A stretch of DNA of 64,000 nt, taken from Rhizodiscina lignyota. Lineage: Eukaryota. The position numbers and the translations under genes are program-made. Below the pieces are notes generated by a model. The model made no database searches. It saw only the letters and a program-made list of their open reading frames with translations, and was not told the origin of the DNA. The DNA lies in assembly GCA_010015805.1 (NCBI GenBank), contig ML978132.1, forward strand, positions 682,001 through 746,000, read 5' to 3'. Of the stretch, positions 37,111 to 47,738 are shown one piece after another (position 1 is the first letter of the stretch; each line of letters opens with the position of its first letter).

Positions 37111-38010
37111 ATGAGATCTGACCCCATGGAGGCAACATATCATAACGACAATGAGGACGAGCAAATTCCATATCCCACCACTCCTCCAAACAAAGCCGAT
37201 GTACACGTCACACCTCTCGGCACTTCCTATCCGAGTGCGTCCACCGATTCCGGTGTGTTTGTCACGGGCTCTTCAGTTCCACCCAGCAATTCCCACTGGG
37301 ATGAGGCAAGTCGTAACGAGTTTCTCTGGCTTGTCGATTGCAACGGAGATATCATAACGGACTTCATAGTCCAAATCAACAGTCTCCTGGCTTCCAAAGC
37401 TTGGGTTGACAAGAGGCTAGGCTATCCCCATAGCCCCGGAACCCTCCTTGCAGCAAAGGACAGCTCAATATTTTCCAAGGCAGAGAATTTGCAGCGCTTC
37501 TTCAAAGATTTCAAGCCGGAAGGAAACCAAACGGCGGATCCGCACCGCAAGGAAGGCCCTCAGCAACTCCCGATAGATTCTCCTGAGGCCATACTTGCTT
37601 GGAGCAACAGATACTTTGGAAAATTTCCATCAAACGAAATATGTATGGACCGGAGGCTCCTGCCATGCGAAAAGGCCTTGTCCCGGATGGAACTGAATGG
37701 CATCAAGCGTCTCATGGTGGAATCTGACAACGACCTTACGAAGCTCGACAATCGCCTCGCCAGACTCAACCAGCATGCACGGCATTCCGTGCGCAACATA
37801 GGAGCACAGTACTTTCGACAGGATTGGCTTTGTACCCTCGAAGCTATGCGGTCGGATCTAGAAGAATTGCAAAGGAACGTGAAGTCAGCGGTTCAGAATT
37901 TCGAGGTCGTACTGGCAGCCATTCAGCAAATGCGCGAGGAGGACAGAGTTTGGTTCTCTCTGAGTTATTTGACTTCGATCCCTGTACACAAATTTTTGTC
38001 ATCAGTATGA
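37111..38010 (+). CDS. Hypothetical protein with a predicted C-terminal coiled coil (start uncertain)
   Basis: ORF of about 300 codons; heptad-like LTKLDNRLARL and LEELQRNVKSAVQNFEVVLAAIQQM. No recognised family. Confidence 0.5.
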   Translation: MRSDPMEATYHNDNEDEQIPYPTTPPNKADVHVTPLGTSYPSASTDSGVFVTGSSVPPSNSHWDEASRNEFLWLVDCNGDIITDFIVQINSLLASKAWVDKRLGYPHSPGTLLAAKDSSIFSKAENLQRFFKDFKPEGNQTADPHRKEGPQQLPIDSPEAILAWSNRYFGKFPSNEICMDRRLLPCEKALSRMELNGIKRLMVESDNDLTKLDNRLARLNQHARHSVRNIGAQYFRQDWLCTLEAMRSDLEELQRNVKSAVQNFEVVLAAIQQMREEDRVWFSLSYLTSIPVHKFLSSV

Positions 38011-39533
38011 AGGGGACGGAGAGTCAATGAAGGATACCTTGCTCGATGTATCCTATCTTTAGTGTATAAGCTTTTCAGAATACAGAGTTGATCAACTGTG
38101 GCGTTCGAAGGAGCTGGTTTCGCTTGAGCGAATAAGACGTGCAACGACATTTCACTTCCGCGACAATAAGAAGCAAACCTTCCAAGGCAAGTTTAGTAAG
38201 CCACTCGTAGAGAACCTCGAATAAACTCACTAACACGCGGAAGCACCTTGTAAACACTGAAGGCAACTGTAATAGAGTGGATGAGTGTTCGCTCCTTCGT
38301 AGGTGGGACACCGAAGTCCATGTCACGCAGCTGAATGCCCCAACACCCTACCGGTTACCGCTTGCGGAAACTCGAATTACGCTGTAACGAGAACTGGATT
38401 GTCGTTCGAGACCAATTCAGTTGTCGATCCAGAAGCACCCCATGTTCATGCAGATATCCTGCCCGCTCGGCAACGCACTCCGACGAATCCCCACTATCCT
38501 ACGTGCTTGTGCCGAAGGAGAAACCGAATCTGACGTGTCTTATCGCCCCTTTTGAGCCTTTCAACAACTTCTCAAATTCCATTTCGCTTTCATAGTTCCT
38601 TCACACTGCAGTGGTACCTGTGGAGCAGCAGCTGAAATCTATCCACTGAGTCTCCAGTGGCCGAACAAGAAGCTCTGGCGCCGCAATTTCACGGCAAGTT
38701 GCAGCTGTCTGTACCCGCCTCGCCTCGAGTCTCCGGTCTTCCGCTACGCCTCCCTGTGGGCTCGATAGTTACGCTGCTGTGATCTATTCCATTCTGTCCA
38801 GCAATCAATGTTGTCACTTCTTAGCTCTCCTTTCTGCACGAATGACACTGGCGTTGGCTTCTGTGAGCGACATGACTACGGCAGAGAGCTAGACCTCAGA
38901 GCCGCGGCAGACACAGAGCAAAGAAGCGCCGTGTCACAAAACTAAGGCATATGCAGGTTCGACGCATATCCACGGATCCGGGTTTGCCAAAGCCATGGCC
39001 ATCGCTGCTCGCGCATACAGCCTTGTCTCCTCCCTCCACTTGTCTGCACAGACACCTCAGCCCGACCGACGCAGAATGACACTCTGTACAACCACAGCTC
39101 GCGTAGTAGAGCCAATGGCCCGCAACTCCGTCCGATTCAATCTTCCATTTCTTTTTTGGGTCCCTTTCGGACACTGCCGATCGTCTCATCCTACCTTTTC
39201 TCGCTTTCGCATTATGCGCAACTGACGTCTCGCCGCTTCCTCACACACGAGCATGAACTGATCCCGCGCCCACCAAGGCTCCCTCACTCACTTGCGGTCC
39301 TACGCACTTGACCAGATGCAAGCCACATGCGAGAGAGAACGGCCGGGCTGTCTTCGAAAATATTAGTGCATACGTAGATCTCGATTTCTCCTGTCTCTCC
39401 ACGCTCGGGTCATTTAATCTTTTCATTTGGAGCGATGCATTTCTCTTGCTCGAGACCGATGCCCTAATGTCTTCGAGAAGCTGTCATTCTTATTTCACGA
39501 TACCCCCTTCTTCTTTGCTGGATTGCTTGTGGC

Positions 39534-40955
39534 ATGTGTCTGTCATTTCCTGCAAGGTCTTCGATTTCATCTATTCTTACGGCACGTTTCTTTTGGCAAA
39601 CAACTCTCGCCGCCCCGGGTCAAAGCTCTAGAGCCATCTCCTCGACTCTACCCGTCGTGGCACGTCATAATGTCACTCCACTCTCAACGGACGCCCGCAG
39701 TGTCTCGGTGACAAGCAGCAGCGGCGAAGCCTCTATTCTCTACAGCGACGGAACGTTCCCGCGCACGGTGTACACATTGATATGCCTGCTCTGCCTCATA
39801 CTATTGTGTGCTCTATTTGGCACGACATTTGCACTCCTGCCTATCTTTCACGCTTAATTAACAAGACCAGGTCAACGAGCGCGCTCCCTCCTGCGACGCA
39901 ATCCACCATTCATCCGCATCCTCGTCACACTGCTGTACGTGTTCGCCGCCCTTCTCATTCTCTCCGCATCGACACTCTACTTCGGCATCACACTCTCCAC
40001 GCTACCGGCCTGTCATGCAACAATCATCGTCTGCCTCATCTTCTACGTCGGCTCGAAAGTGGTCATGTACCTCTTCCTCGTCGAGCGTGCACACGCCCTG
40101 CGCGCCCCGTACCTGCGCCGCCTGCATGATTGGATGTGGCTGGGGATGATGTTTGTGGTCATCACAGGCTTCGGGACCATCGCTGGCGCCGCATTCGCTT
40201 GGCCAATTGCGGAAGTCGGAGGTAAAGCCATTTCCAGCGATATACCTCCCGCCGCAGATGGCAGGTGCAGGATCGGAATTCCCCTCAAGGTCACCGTTCC
40301 GCTCTTGACATACGACATCTTCATCAACATTGCGCTCACGGGGGTCTTCCTATGGCTTCTCACGCCGCTTGTGAGCTTCAGCGCGCGAGCCACATCGATG
40401 TCGCCGGCGTCGAATACTACAACTGCGTCTCAGCAACTACATTGGATGTCTCGACTGTCGTCCATTCTGGCGTCTGTTCTCTCTCGGGATAACTCAGGGT
40501 CGCCAACGATACTTCCTTTGTCGAGCACTCCTGCAACTCCGAGCATTGACACAGCCATGATGACGGAGATGAATTATAATGTCGTATCGACTCGGCCAGC
40601 GGGTGCGACAAGCATCGAGAAGTTGGTCGCGAAGAGCCTGATTGGTGCAGTTCTGGTGCTATTCCCGACGGTGGTGAATCTGGTGCTGCTGTACCATTTC
40701 AAAGGCAGGGAGTTTGGGTGGCTTTGCCTGAGTATTTGCACGTTGGATGGTAAGAGTATCACGCCCTGATTGAACAGAAATGGTTTCAATGTGTAGGATC
40801 TGATGGCTAATGCTTTCTACGCAGTCACATGGGCGGTCTCCGTGGTGCACTGGCTCACAGTCGACCCGATGGAGATGGAAGGCCAACACCCTTCCGCAGT
40901 GTTGCCACGGAGCACGGCGAGGAGTGGCGAACAGGGCGCAGGAGTAGTGCTTTGA
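39534..40955 (+). CDS. Fungal seven-transmembrane (GPCR-like) protein (~431 aa)
   Basis: About seven hydrophobic segments; CLIFYVGSKVVMYLFLVERAH, CRIG..TVPLLTYDIFIN, GWLCLSICTLDVTWAVSVVHWLT. Introns about 39820-39870 (donor ambiguous) and 40750-40824. Confidence 0.75.
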
Positions 40956-41084
40956 AACGTTGTAGATGTGCCGTTTTATTGGAGCTGCTTCCACAATCTT
41001 AACCTAAGCCCTTGGGTATCTTCGATTATTTACTCCAATGGCCCACTTGAATACAATTGAGAGTCATTGCGATTCATGAGTCCT

Positions 41085-41769
41085 TCACGATTCCGATGCC
41101 GTCCCGTCGACCGAATCATCTTCTTCCAGTATTGTACTTGACTGTAGGCCCTGTCGTCCTGCTCTTCCACGTCTCGGTGACAACGGCGAGCTTGGAGCCG
41201 GCACATCTGGAATGGGACCAGCTCTCCGAGCAGGCCCAACGCTCCTCCTGGTTGTCTGCCGCGAGGCACGGTAGCTGGAAACTGTCCGAAGCGGTTTTCG
41301 TGGCGGCATTGGCGGGTCGTCTTCAGGCGATAGTCCCAGTGCAGCGAGCATGCCCCTTGAGACGAAGTGCAGAATAACGCCGGTGACGAGGCCGATGATG
41401 ATAGCTATGCCGAAAAAGATGTAGACTGCCTGTAGGTATTGTCAAAGTGTCGGTCGAATCGGACACGAGGGGATGATTTGCAGGTTTGTTGATTTGATGT
41501 CACGTGAATGCGATTCTGATGGGATAATGTACCTCGAGCTTCACAATGAGTTTGATTGGAAGAGAAGCTAGGTAGCCAACGAACGCGCCAATGTAGGTAA
41601 TTGGCAGAAGGACGAATTGAAGAGCATTCCAGATGGGTTTGGCGATGGAGAGGACAAGAAGGAAGAGGATGTAGAGCACTTTGACGACCGCGTATCCAAT
41701 ATAGGAAAGAAGCGTCAAGGTCGCGTCGACAACGGAGGCTGCATCCGCGGCCACGTTGGCCGACTCCAT
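41085..41769 (-). CDS. Small fungal membrane protein (193 aa), hydrophobic N-terminal half and basic/acidic tail
   Basis: Exons 41769-41533 and 41429-41085 (intron GTACAT..CAG). Hydrophobic helices, then TILEEDDS near the C-terminus. Confidence 0.75.
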
Positions 41770-42084
41770 CGTTTTTGGCGTGTCTATGTGTGATTGCGGC
41801 GCGGCTCAAGAGATTGGCAGAATTCAAAAGGCATTGGAGTTGTTGTGTTGTGTTGAGATTGCTGGAGAGTAGTGACTTCCTCCTCCCCCTGGCGCCCAAG
41901 CGGAGCCGAAGCTCGCGCACCTATTTTAACTCGCAGCGCGGAACCTTTGCCCTGCACGAACTGCACGCACGACAGCAACGTCACCTCACCTCCCCCCTCT
42001 CCTCCTATCCTTTACCTCTCCCTTCCCTTCCCTCCCCTATCAGCCTCTCCTCCTTACTTCCGCCCTTCGGGGGCCCGCGCAGAA

Positions 42085-44201
42085 ATGGGGAACACTCAGT
42101 CCCGTTCGAGTGCCCCGCACTCGCCAGCGCAAGCAGCTCCACACCACAGCGCCTCGACATCCTCACAAGCACATGCCAGGGACTCGCAAACAGGCACCCA
42201 GAAGAGGGAGCCTCGTCGCCGCGAGAGCCTGCAAGCCCTCCAGTCTGGAATCGTGGGAGGCTCCGGCAAGGCGGCGCCTGTGGCACCTACGGCGAGCTTA
42301 GCCAGTGCGACCGGGACCGCCGAGTATAAATCGCATTCCAGCGGCGCTGGTGCGCGCGTGACTGCTCCAACGCCTGCGCAGAGCGCGACGACGAAGCCGG
42401 CTAGTATACAAAGTAACAAGAGCGGCCACCAGGGAACGAACACGCCGCATCTCAAGCCTACCGACGCGATTGCTGAGGAGAACACGATGGGCAACGATAA
42501 CAGCAAGCAGACTGCGTCATCCTCGCCATTGAGGGTGGGCGGCGAGAAAGATGCTGCGACAGCACCGATTCCAGCACAACAGGCGCCTCATGAGCCTGTT
42601 GGCCCGATGGATGTGCCAGCTTCAGCTATCGCAGAAGGCGTTGACGACTCTCCCATCTCGCCTGACCAATCCTATTCACTCCCTCCGAACTCGAACTTCT
42701 CGCGACCACCACGCCTACCCTTGCCTATCGAGCAAGAAGACTACACCCCCGGATCGCCTATAATCTCTTCTGCCGATCTCACAGAGCCGGTCGAGCCCGT
42801 TGATGGCGATGCTGAGGGAGTGACGAGGTCACGTTCGACGTTGAGCAGGCTGACAATGGACGAGGATGAGCCGGAAGATGACAATCAAGATGGCGGTTTG
42901 GTGGGAGAAGCAATTGGACCTGCAGTGCCAACGGTCATTGAATGGAGGCAAAGCGGCGAGAAGGTCTACGTGACCGGCACCTTTGCGGCGTGGGACCGTA
43001 AATACCGCCTCTACAAGGAGTAAGTATACTTCCTCGAGCTTGACTTGAGACCTTTCACGGACGGCTCGGGCGGCAGTGGTGTCTCGGGTGTGCTTGCTGA
43101 AGGTTGGCAACGAGCTGCAGCCATCCGATACACTTGCCCGTCTCTGCTATGTTACTTGCTCCCTCGTTGTGTCTACCCGCTTTTGCTCTGCATGATCCTG
43201 CCTCTGCGAATTTGAGCACAAACTCAACAAATTACGATGCTTGCCATGATCTTGGCCGCGTCGCTGTCAACTTCCCCCCCGCGTGTTTGCATCGCTCCTG
43301 CAGTGTGTTCATGGCTGACTCTGATAATCACAGTGGTCCGAGCAAGCATAAAGATGCGCTTTCCGCTACCATCAATCTCCAACCTGGCACACATCATCTC
43401 AAATTCATCGTGGATGGCGACATGCGTCTATCCGACGAGTTACCGACTGCAGTCGACTTTACCAACATTCTCGTCAACTATATCGAGGTCTCTCCAGATG
43501 ACCGCCCAGTTCCCGTGTCGGCGCACACAGCGACTGGTGCTCCTGTCATCCCGCCTGGCCAGACTGAGCCGATCGATATCAAGCCTTTGCCTGGTGCCGC
43601 TGGCAATGCGGGAGCTTCTGTGAAAGGCCCGCCGAAGAAACCGCAGTACAGAATCCCGCCGAACATTCGTCCGCCTCAAGTCCTTCCTCCGACCCCAGAG
43701 CTTGTCACTGTTCACGACCAAGAGCGTCCATCTTCTCAACAACAGCATACACCTTCGCAGCCACAGGCTCAACCGAAGACACCCGCGCTGCCGAAAGACA
43801 GTCGTATTCCCACAAAGTACTACCACAACGTCGTTCCCAAGTACCTGCTCGACCTCGATGATGCAGATGGCTCCACTGCTCAGCGCCGCGCAATGGCTGT
43901 GTCAGAGACGCTTCCTGCTCCTCCATCGCTGCCACTCTTCTTGTCCAAGTCCGTCTTGAACGGTGCAATGCCAATGAAGGACGACGCGAGCGTGCTGATC
44001 ATGCCGAACCACACGGTGCTCAATCATCTCGCCACGAGTAGCATTAGGCAGGGCGTGCTGGCGACAAGTGCAACGACAAGATACAAGCAGAAGGCAAGTT
44101 GAATAATCTCTTCCAGAATCCGTCTTTCAATTGTATTACTAACCTACAGCCAGTTCCTAACCACGATTCTGTACAAGCCGACCAAAGACGTCGGCGACTG
44201 A
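42085..44201 (+). CDS. GAL83: SNF1/AMPK beta subunit (Gal83/Sip2-like, 580 aa)
   Basis: MGNTQS myristoylation start; CBM48 IEWRQSGEKVYVTGTFAAW..HHLKFIVDG; ASC domain PPSLPLFL..PNHTVLNHLATSSI..TTRYKQKFLTTILYKP. Introns 43020-43333 and GC-AG 44094-44153. Confidence 0.95.
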
Positions 44202-45324
44202 GCCGCGCGCTCGCAAGGCTTCCTAACATCCCCGCATGGAAGCGCTTTGACTACATGCGTGACGAGGAAGAGTCCATTGGTCTTGATCTTGATATATGCT
44301 GCAATATGCAGTATGCAGCGGAGCTTTTTGACATGAAGGAGCTGGAGCACACCAAGTGGCGGGTGCCCCTGGAGGGCTGTCGTGCGACGAAGTGGTTCTG
44401 CAAGTACAATTTGCCGGAGGGTATTGAGAGGTTTGAGGCACGCGGACTGTTAGCTGCATGGCGGTGAGATTTGGTTACGCGCCCTTTCGGGTGATTGGAT
44501 AAAAGGGAGCAAGGGGCTCCCACGAGCATGAGGTTGCTCTTTCGATTCTTGTTTAATAGTTTGAGGGACAGGGAAATTGGTGAAATTGATGGTGATTGTG
44601 CAAATTTGAATATTTCTCTTGAAGAGGGGTGAATGAATTGATGCACGAGCTTGCAGTGGCCCCGTAACAGACCTTCCACGATTATATTGTCAATGGCTCA
44701 GAGTAAACTCGGCCCGAAAAAAGCCCCTATCTCCTCGACCGTTTTATCACTCCCAAGCAGATATTCAAAAGCTTTAATGACTCTAATTTCGCCTGGAGAA
44801 GAGTTGACTTGATGTTCTCACTTCCGACTCGATACACACAGCTCTTAGACGATGGTATCATTCAAGAGATAGCATGAAGCTTGGATGTTCAGGTGATCTT
44901 GAAGCCTCATCCTGCCGACCGTGAGGAGAACGACTACTACTCCGGAACTTCAAGTCTCCCACCAGGCCCACAAGATATGCACAGGTCTCTACTAACGGTC
45001 TCATACTCAGTGAAGTGCAAATCCCATTAATATCGAGACATTACAGCCTCGTCGTGCTGGGCGTTTATGCCGCGTCCCTGGTCTGATAAGGTGAGGCTGT
45101 GCGGCCGCCGCGGCTGTGCCAATCATTGTTGCCTTAAGAGAAGTCCATCTGGCTTCATCGATCAACTCAGGCGGCAAGTAAGTACAATTGAATTTGTATT
45201 TCAAAACATTCCGAAAGCTTCTTTTTAAATGGTTTGAGAGCGAATGCTCCAATCACGACAAGCCATTCTTCCATCCACTTTACATCTCGTCCTAGCATGC
45301 AAACGCTCATAACCACATTTCACA

Positions 45325-46986
45325 ATGACGACGTTATCAACCATCCTCGCAGTCCCAGATCTCTTATTCTCCATCGCCGACCATCTCGATCTTCTAACTA
45401 TCATATCCCTTCTCCGCACAAACAAAGAAACTAGTGCTAGCATCAAGCGTGTAGAGTTCCATGTCTGTCGCATAATCAGCAAGCAGTATCGAGAAACTCC
45501 ACAGAGTTCAATGGATTGGGCCAAAGAAATCGACCAGACAACCATTTACGGCCTCTCACAGCTACATTATATCCAATTTGCAACGGCTGTTTGCACTCTC
45601 ATAGAGCGAGTCCCCCAATCTCCCCCTTCTTCGGGCCACCTTTGCGATGTCTCGAAGTATATTACCCCTCCTCCCAACATGTTCGACAAGGGACCTTCCT
45701 GGAAGAGATATGGCGCTCTCCAACATATTATCCAGGCAATCAATCTCCTCCGGAGAATGTCGCGGGTAGCATCACACATCCCTAGATGTGTCCCGCATGG
45801 CAATCTTCCGTTTTGGCGAACTGCCCCTTGGAGTAATACTTCTAGTTTCTCACTGACAGACATCAAGAGACTTTATGAACGATTCTGGCAACACTTCCAG
45901 AGAGTAGATCCAGGCCTTGCATCTCGAACAAAATGCTCCGCCAACAAAATCCCGCGCACATTTCAATCCTTATCCCTAGAAACCCACAACTGTAGCGCCA
46001 ATGAGTCTCTCACTCCTTGCCATATCTGCAGTACTATCCGCTCACATATCACCCTCGCCGCCCGACTTGCTATCCTCCGCTCGGCACGACCGCCGGTCCT
46101 CTGCGCAGTCTACCGCATCCGCCATCTCCTCTCTGTCTACCTCAGCCGCCATCTAGCCACCGGCCGGTACATCAACTCCTGTTCTTGTGGACCAGCAACA
46201 GCCCCTGGTTCCTGGATCTTCAATACTGTGAGCCCGAGTAAGAGCCGCTTATACCGTTCATGTCGCTGCTCGCGCACGACGGCGTCGGCCGGTCTTGGGC
46301 TAGACACTGTACCGCTTTTCCCTCCCGCCTCTCTGCTCGGCCGCATGATGCCCCCCTTCACACTGTCGAAGCGATGGGATGACGGCTTTTGCAATTGTAA
46401 AGGAGCATCACTGCCGCATCTCCCGGGCCGTCACGAAGACTGCAAAGCGATCGCAGCACAGATACCCGCGCCGAGAAGCTTCAACCTCATGGATCCGTGG
46501 ACACTATGGTGGTTCTTGGACGGCGAGGAGATCGGACGGGGCGTGGATCTGCTATGGGAAGCATGGCATGAGCGAGACACATCTCGCCCCAGGGCGACCA
46601 CCACACGGAATGGCCTGGTTTCGAACACTCGCTTCGATTGGGACGAGCACCTCGAGCAAGGGGCTGAGCATGAATGCGGGCTGTACTGGCGCGAGACAGA
46701 CTCTGCTACTGGCGGCCCACTGACGGAGAATGGAATCAGGAAGCATCTGATTTGCGCACTTGTGGTGAGGTGCTTCGAGGCGTGGGGTGCGAAATCTAAT
46801 GTGGAGAAGGATGCGGAGAGGGCGTTGGGGTTGGTGCTCATGAAGGAGATTGGGTTGGAGGCGGTGGAGAGGAGACAGAAGGAGGAGGAGCACTATAAGA
46901 AATGCCTGCAATTCCACGCTGCTCTCGAGATATATAAGAAATTTGCTGGTACGGAAACCATATTACCTCAGAGCGAACATCAATAG
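45325..46986 (+). CDS. F-box-like orphan protein with Cys/His clusters (553 aa, intronless)
   Basis: N-terminal LAVPDLLFSIADHLDLLTIISLLRTNK resembles an F-box; internal PCHIC, SCSC, SCRC and FCNC motifs. Confidence 0.65.
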   Translation: MTTLSTILAVPDLLFSIADHLDLLTIISLLRTNKETSASIKRVEFHVCRIISKQYRETPQSSMDWAKEIDQTTIYGLSQLHYIQFATAVCTLIERVPQSPPSSGHLCDVSKYITPPPNMFDKGPSWKRYGALQHIIQAINLLRRMSRVASHIPRCVPHGNLPFWRTAPWSNTSSFSLTDIKRLYERFWQHFQRVDPGLASRTKCSANKIPRTFQSLSLETHNCSANESLTPCHICSTIRSHITLAARLAILRSARPPVLCAVYRIRHLLSVYLSRHLATGRYINSCSCGPATAPGSWIFNTVSPSKSRLYRSCRCSRTTASAGLGLDTVPLFPPASLLGRMMPPFTLSKRWDDGFCNCKGASLPHLPGRHEDCKAIAAQIPAPRSFNLMDPWTLWWFLDGEEIGRGVDLLWEAWHERDTSRPRATTTRNGLVSNTRFDWDEHLEQGAEHECGLYWRETDSATGGPLTENGIRKHLICALVVRCFEAWGAKSNVEKDAERALGLVLMKEIGLEAVERRQKEEEHYKKCLQFHAALEIYKKFAGTETILPQSEHQ

Positions 46987-47738
46987 CACTATGAGCCATA
47001 CAAGTGCCCAAGTGAACGCCCTCGTCTCAAAACCTGGCGAAGCTTTAGTTCCCGAATATATATAGCTCCTTTCCAGTGGCAGCTTCTCAAGAGCATAATG
47101 AATGTAGCCCTTCTGATTCGCGTGTCTCTTGCAATTCCCTTGTCGGTTATTTTGATCTTTGTGGTGATGGCTCGCGCTCTTTTTATATGCCGAGGACGTC
47201 TCAGTGGTCCATTGTGTCGCTGTATCTTACTACTCGAATCTTGTTGAAGTCCCAATTTTAATCGGTTCAGGATCTGGTATGGCCGCGCCTGGCGACCAAG
47301 GCATCTACCAGTCTTCTAAGCAGAGATTCCTCGTACGTAGTACCGGTGTCACTTCCACGCCCCAACCTCTCGGAGTCGCATGGACGATGGGGGCTGTTTA
47401 TCACGGGCGATCAATTAGAGTCGCACCGGAATGTCGGATAAGTCAAACAGCTTTGGTGAAGACTTCGCCCTGAGGCCCTTTGGACACTGACGAAGCTACT
47501 TCATATACTCAGTAAGGCCGCCCTGTCGCCGTGAAAGGTCTCCAAGTTAAGGAAAGTCTAGTGGATGCGGATGGTGCGCTGTCGCTGCGGCCTCGAACGA
47601 GTTGATATCGGGAAACGAACGTCGATCGGGAGAAGCGTTGATGTACTTAGACGCGCTTTCAACATATCGTGCGCTCCCTTGCTCCAACTCTGAAATTGAG
47701 AGGCTGTTGCTTTGGTGGCAATCAAGCACGTATTTACT

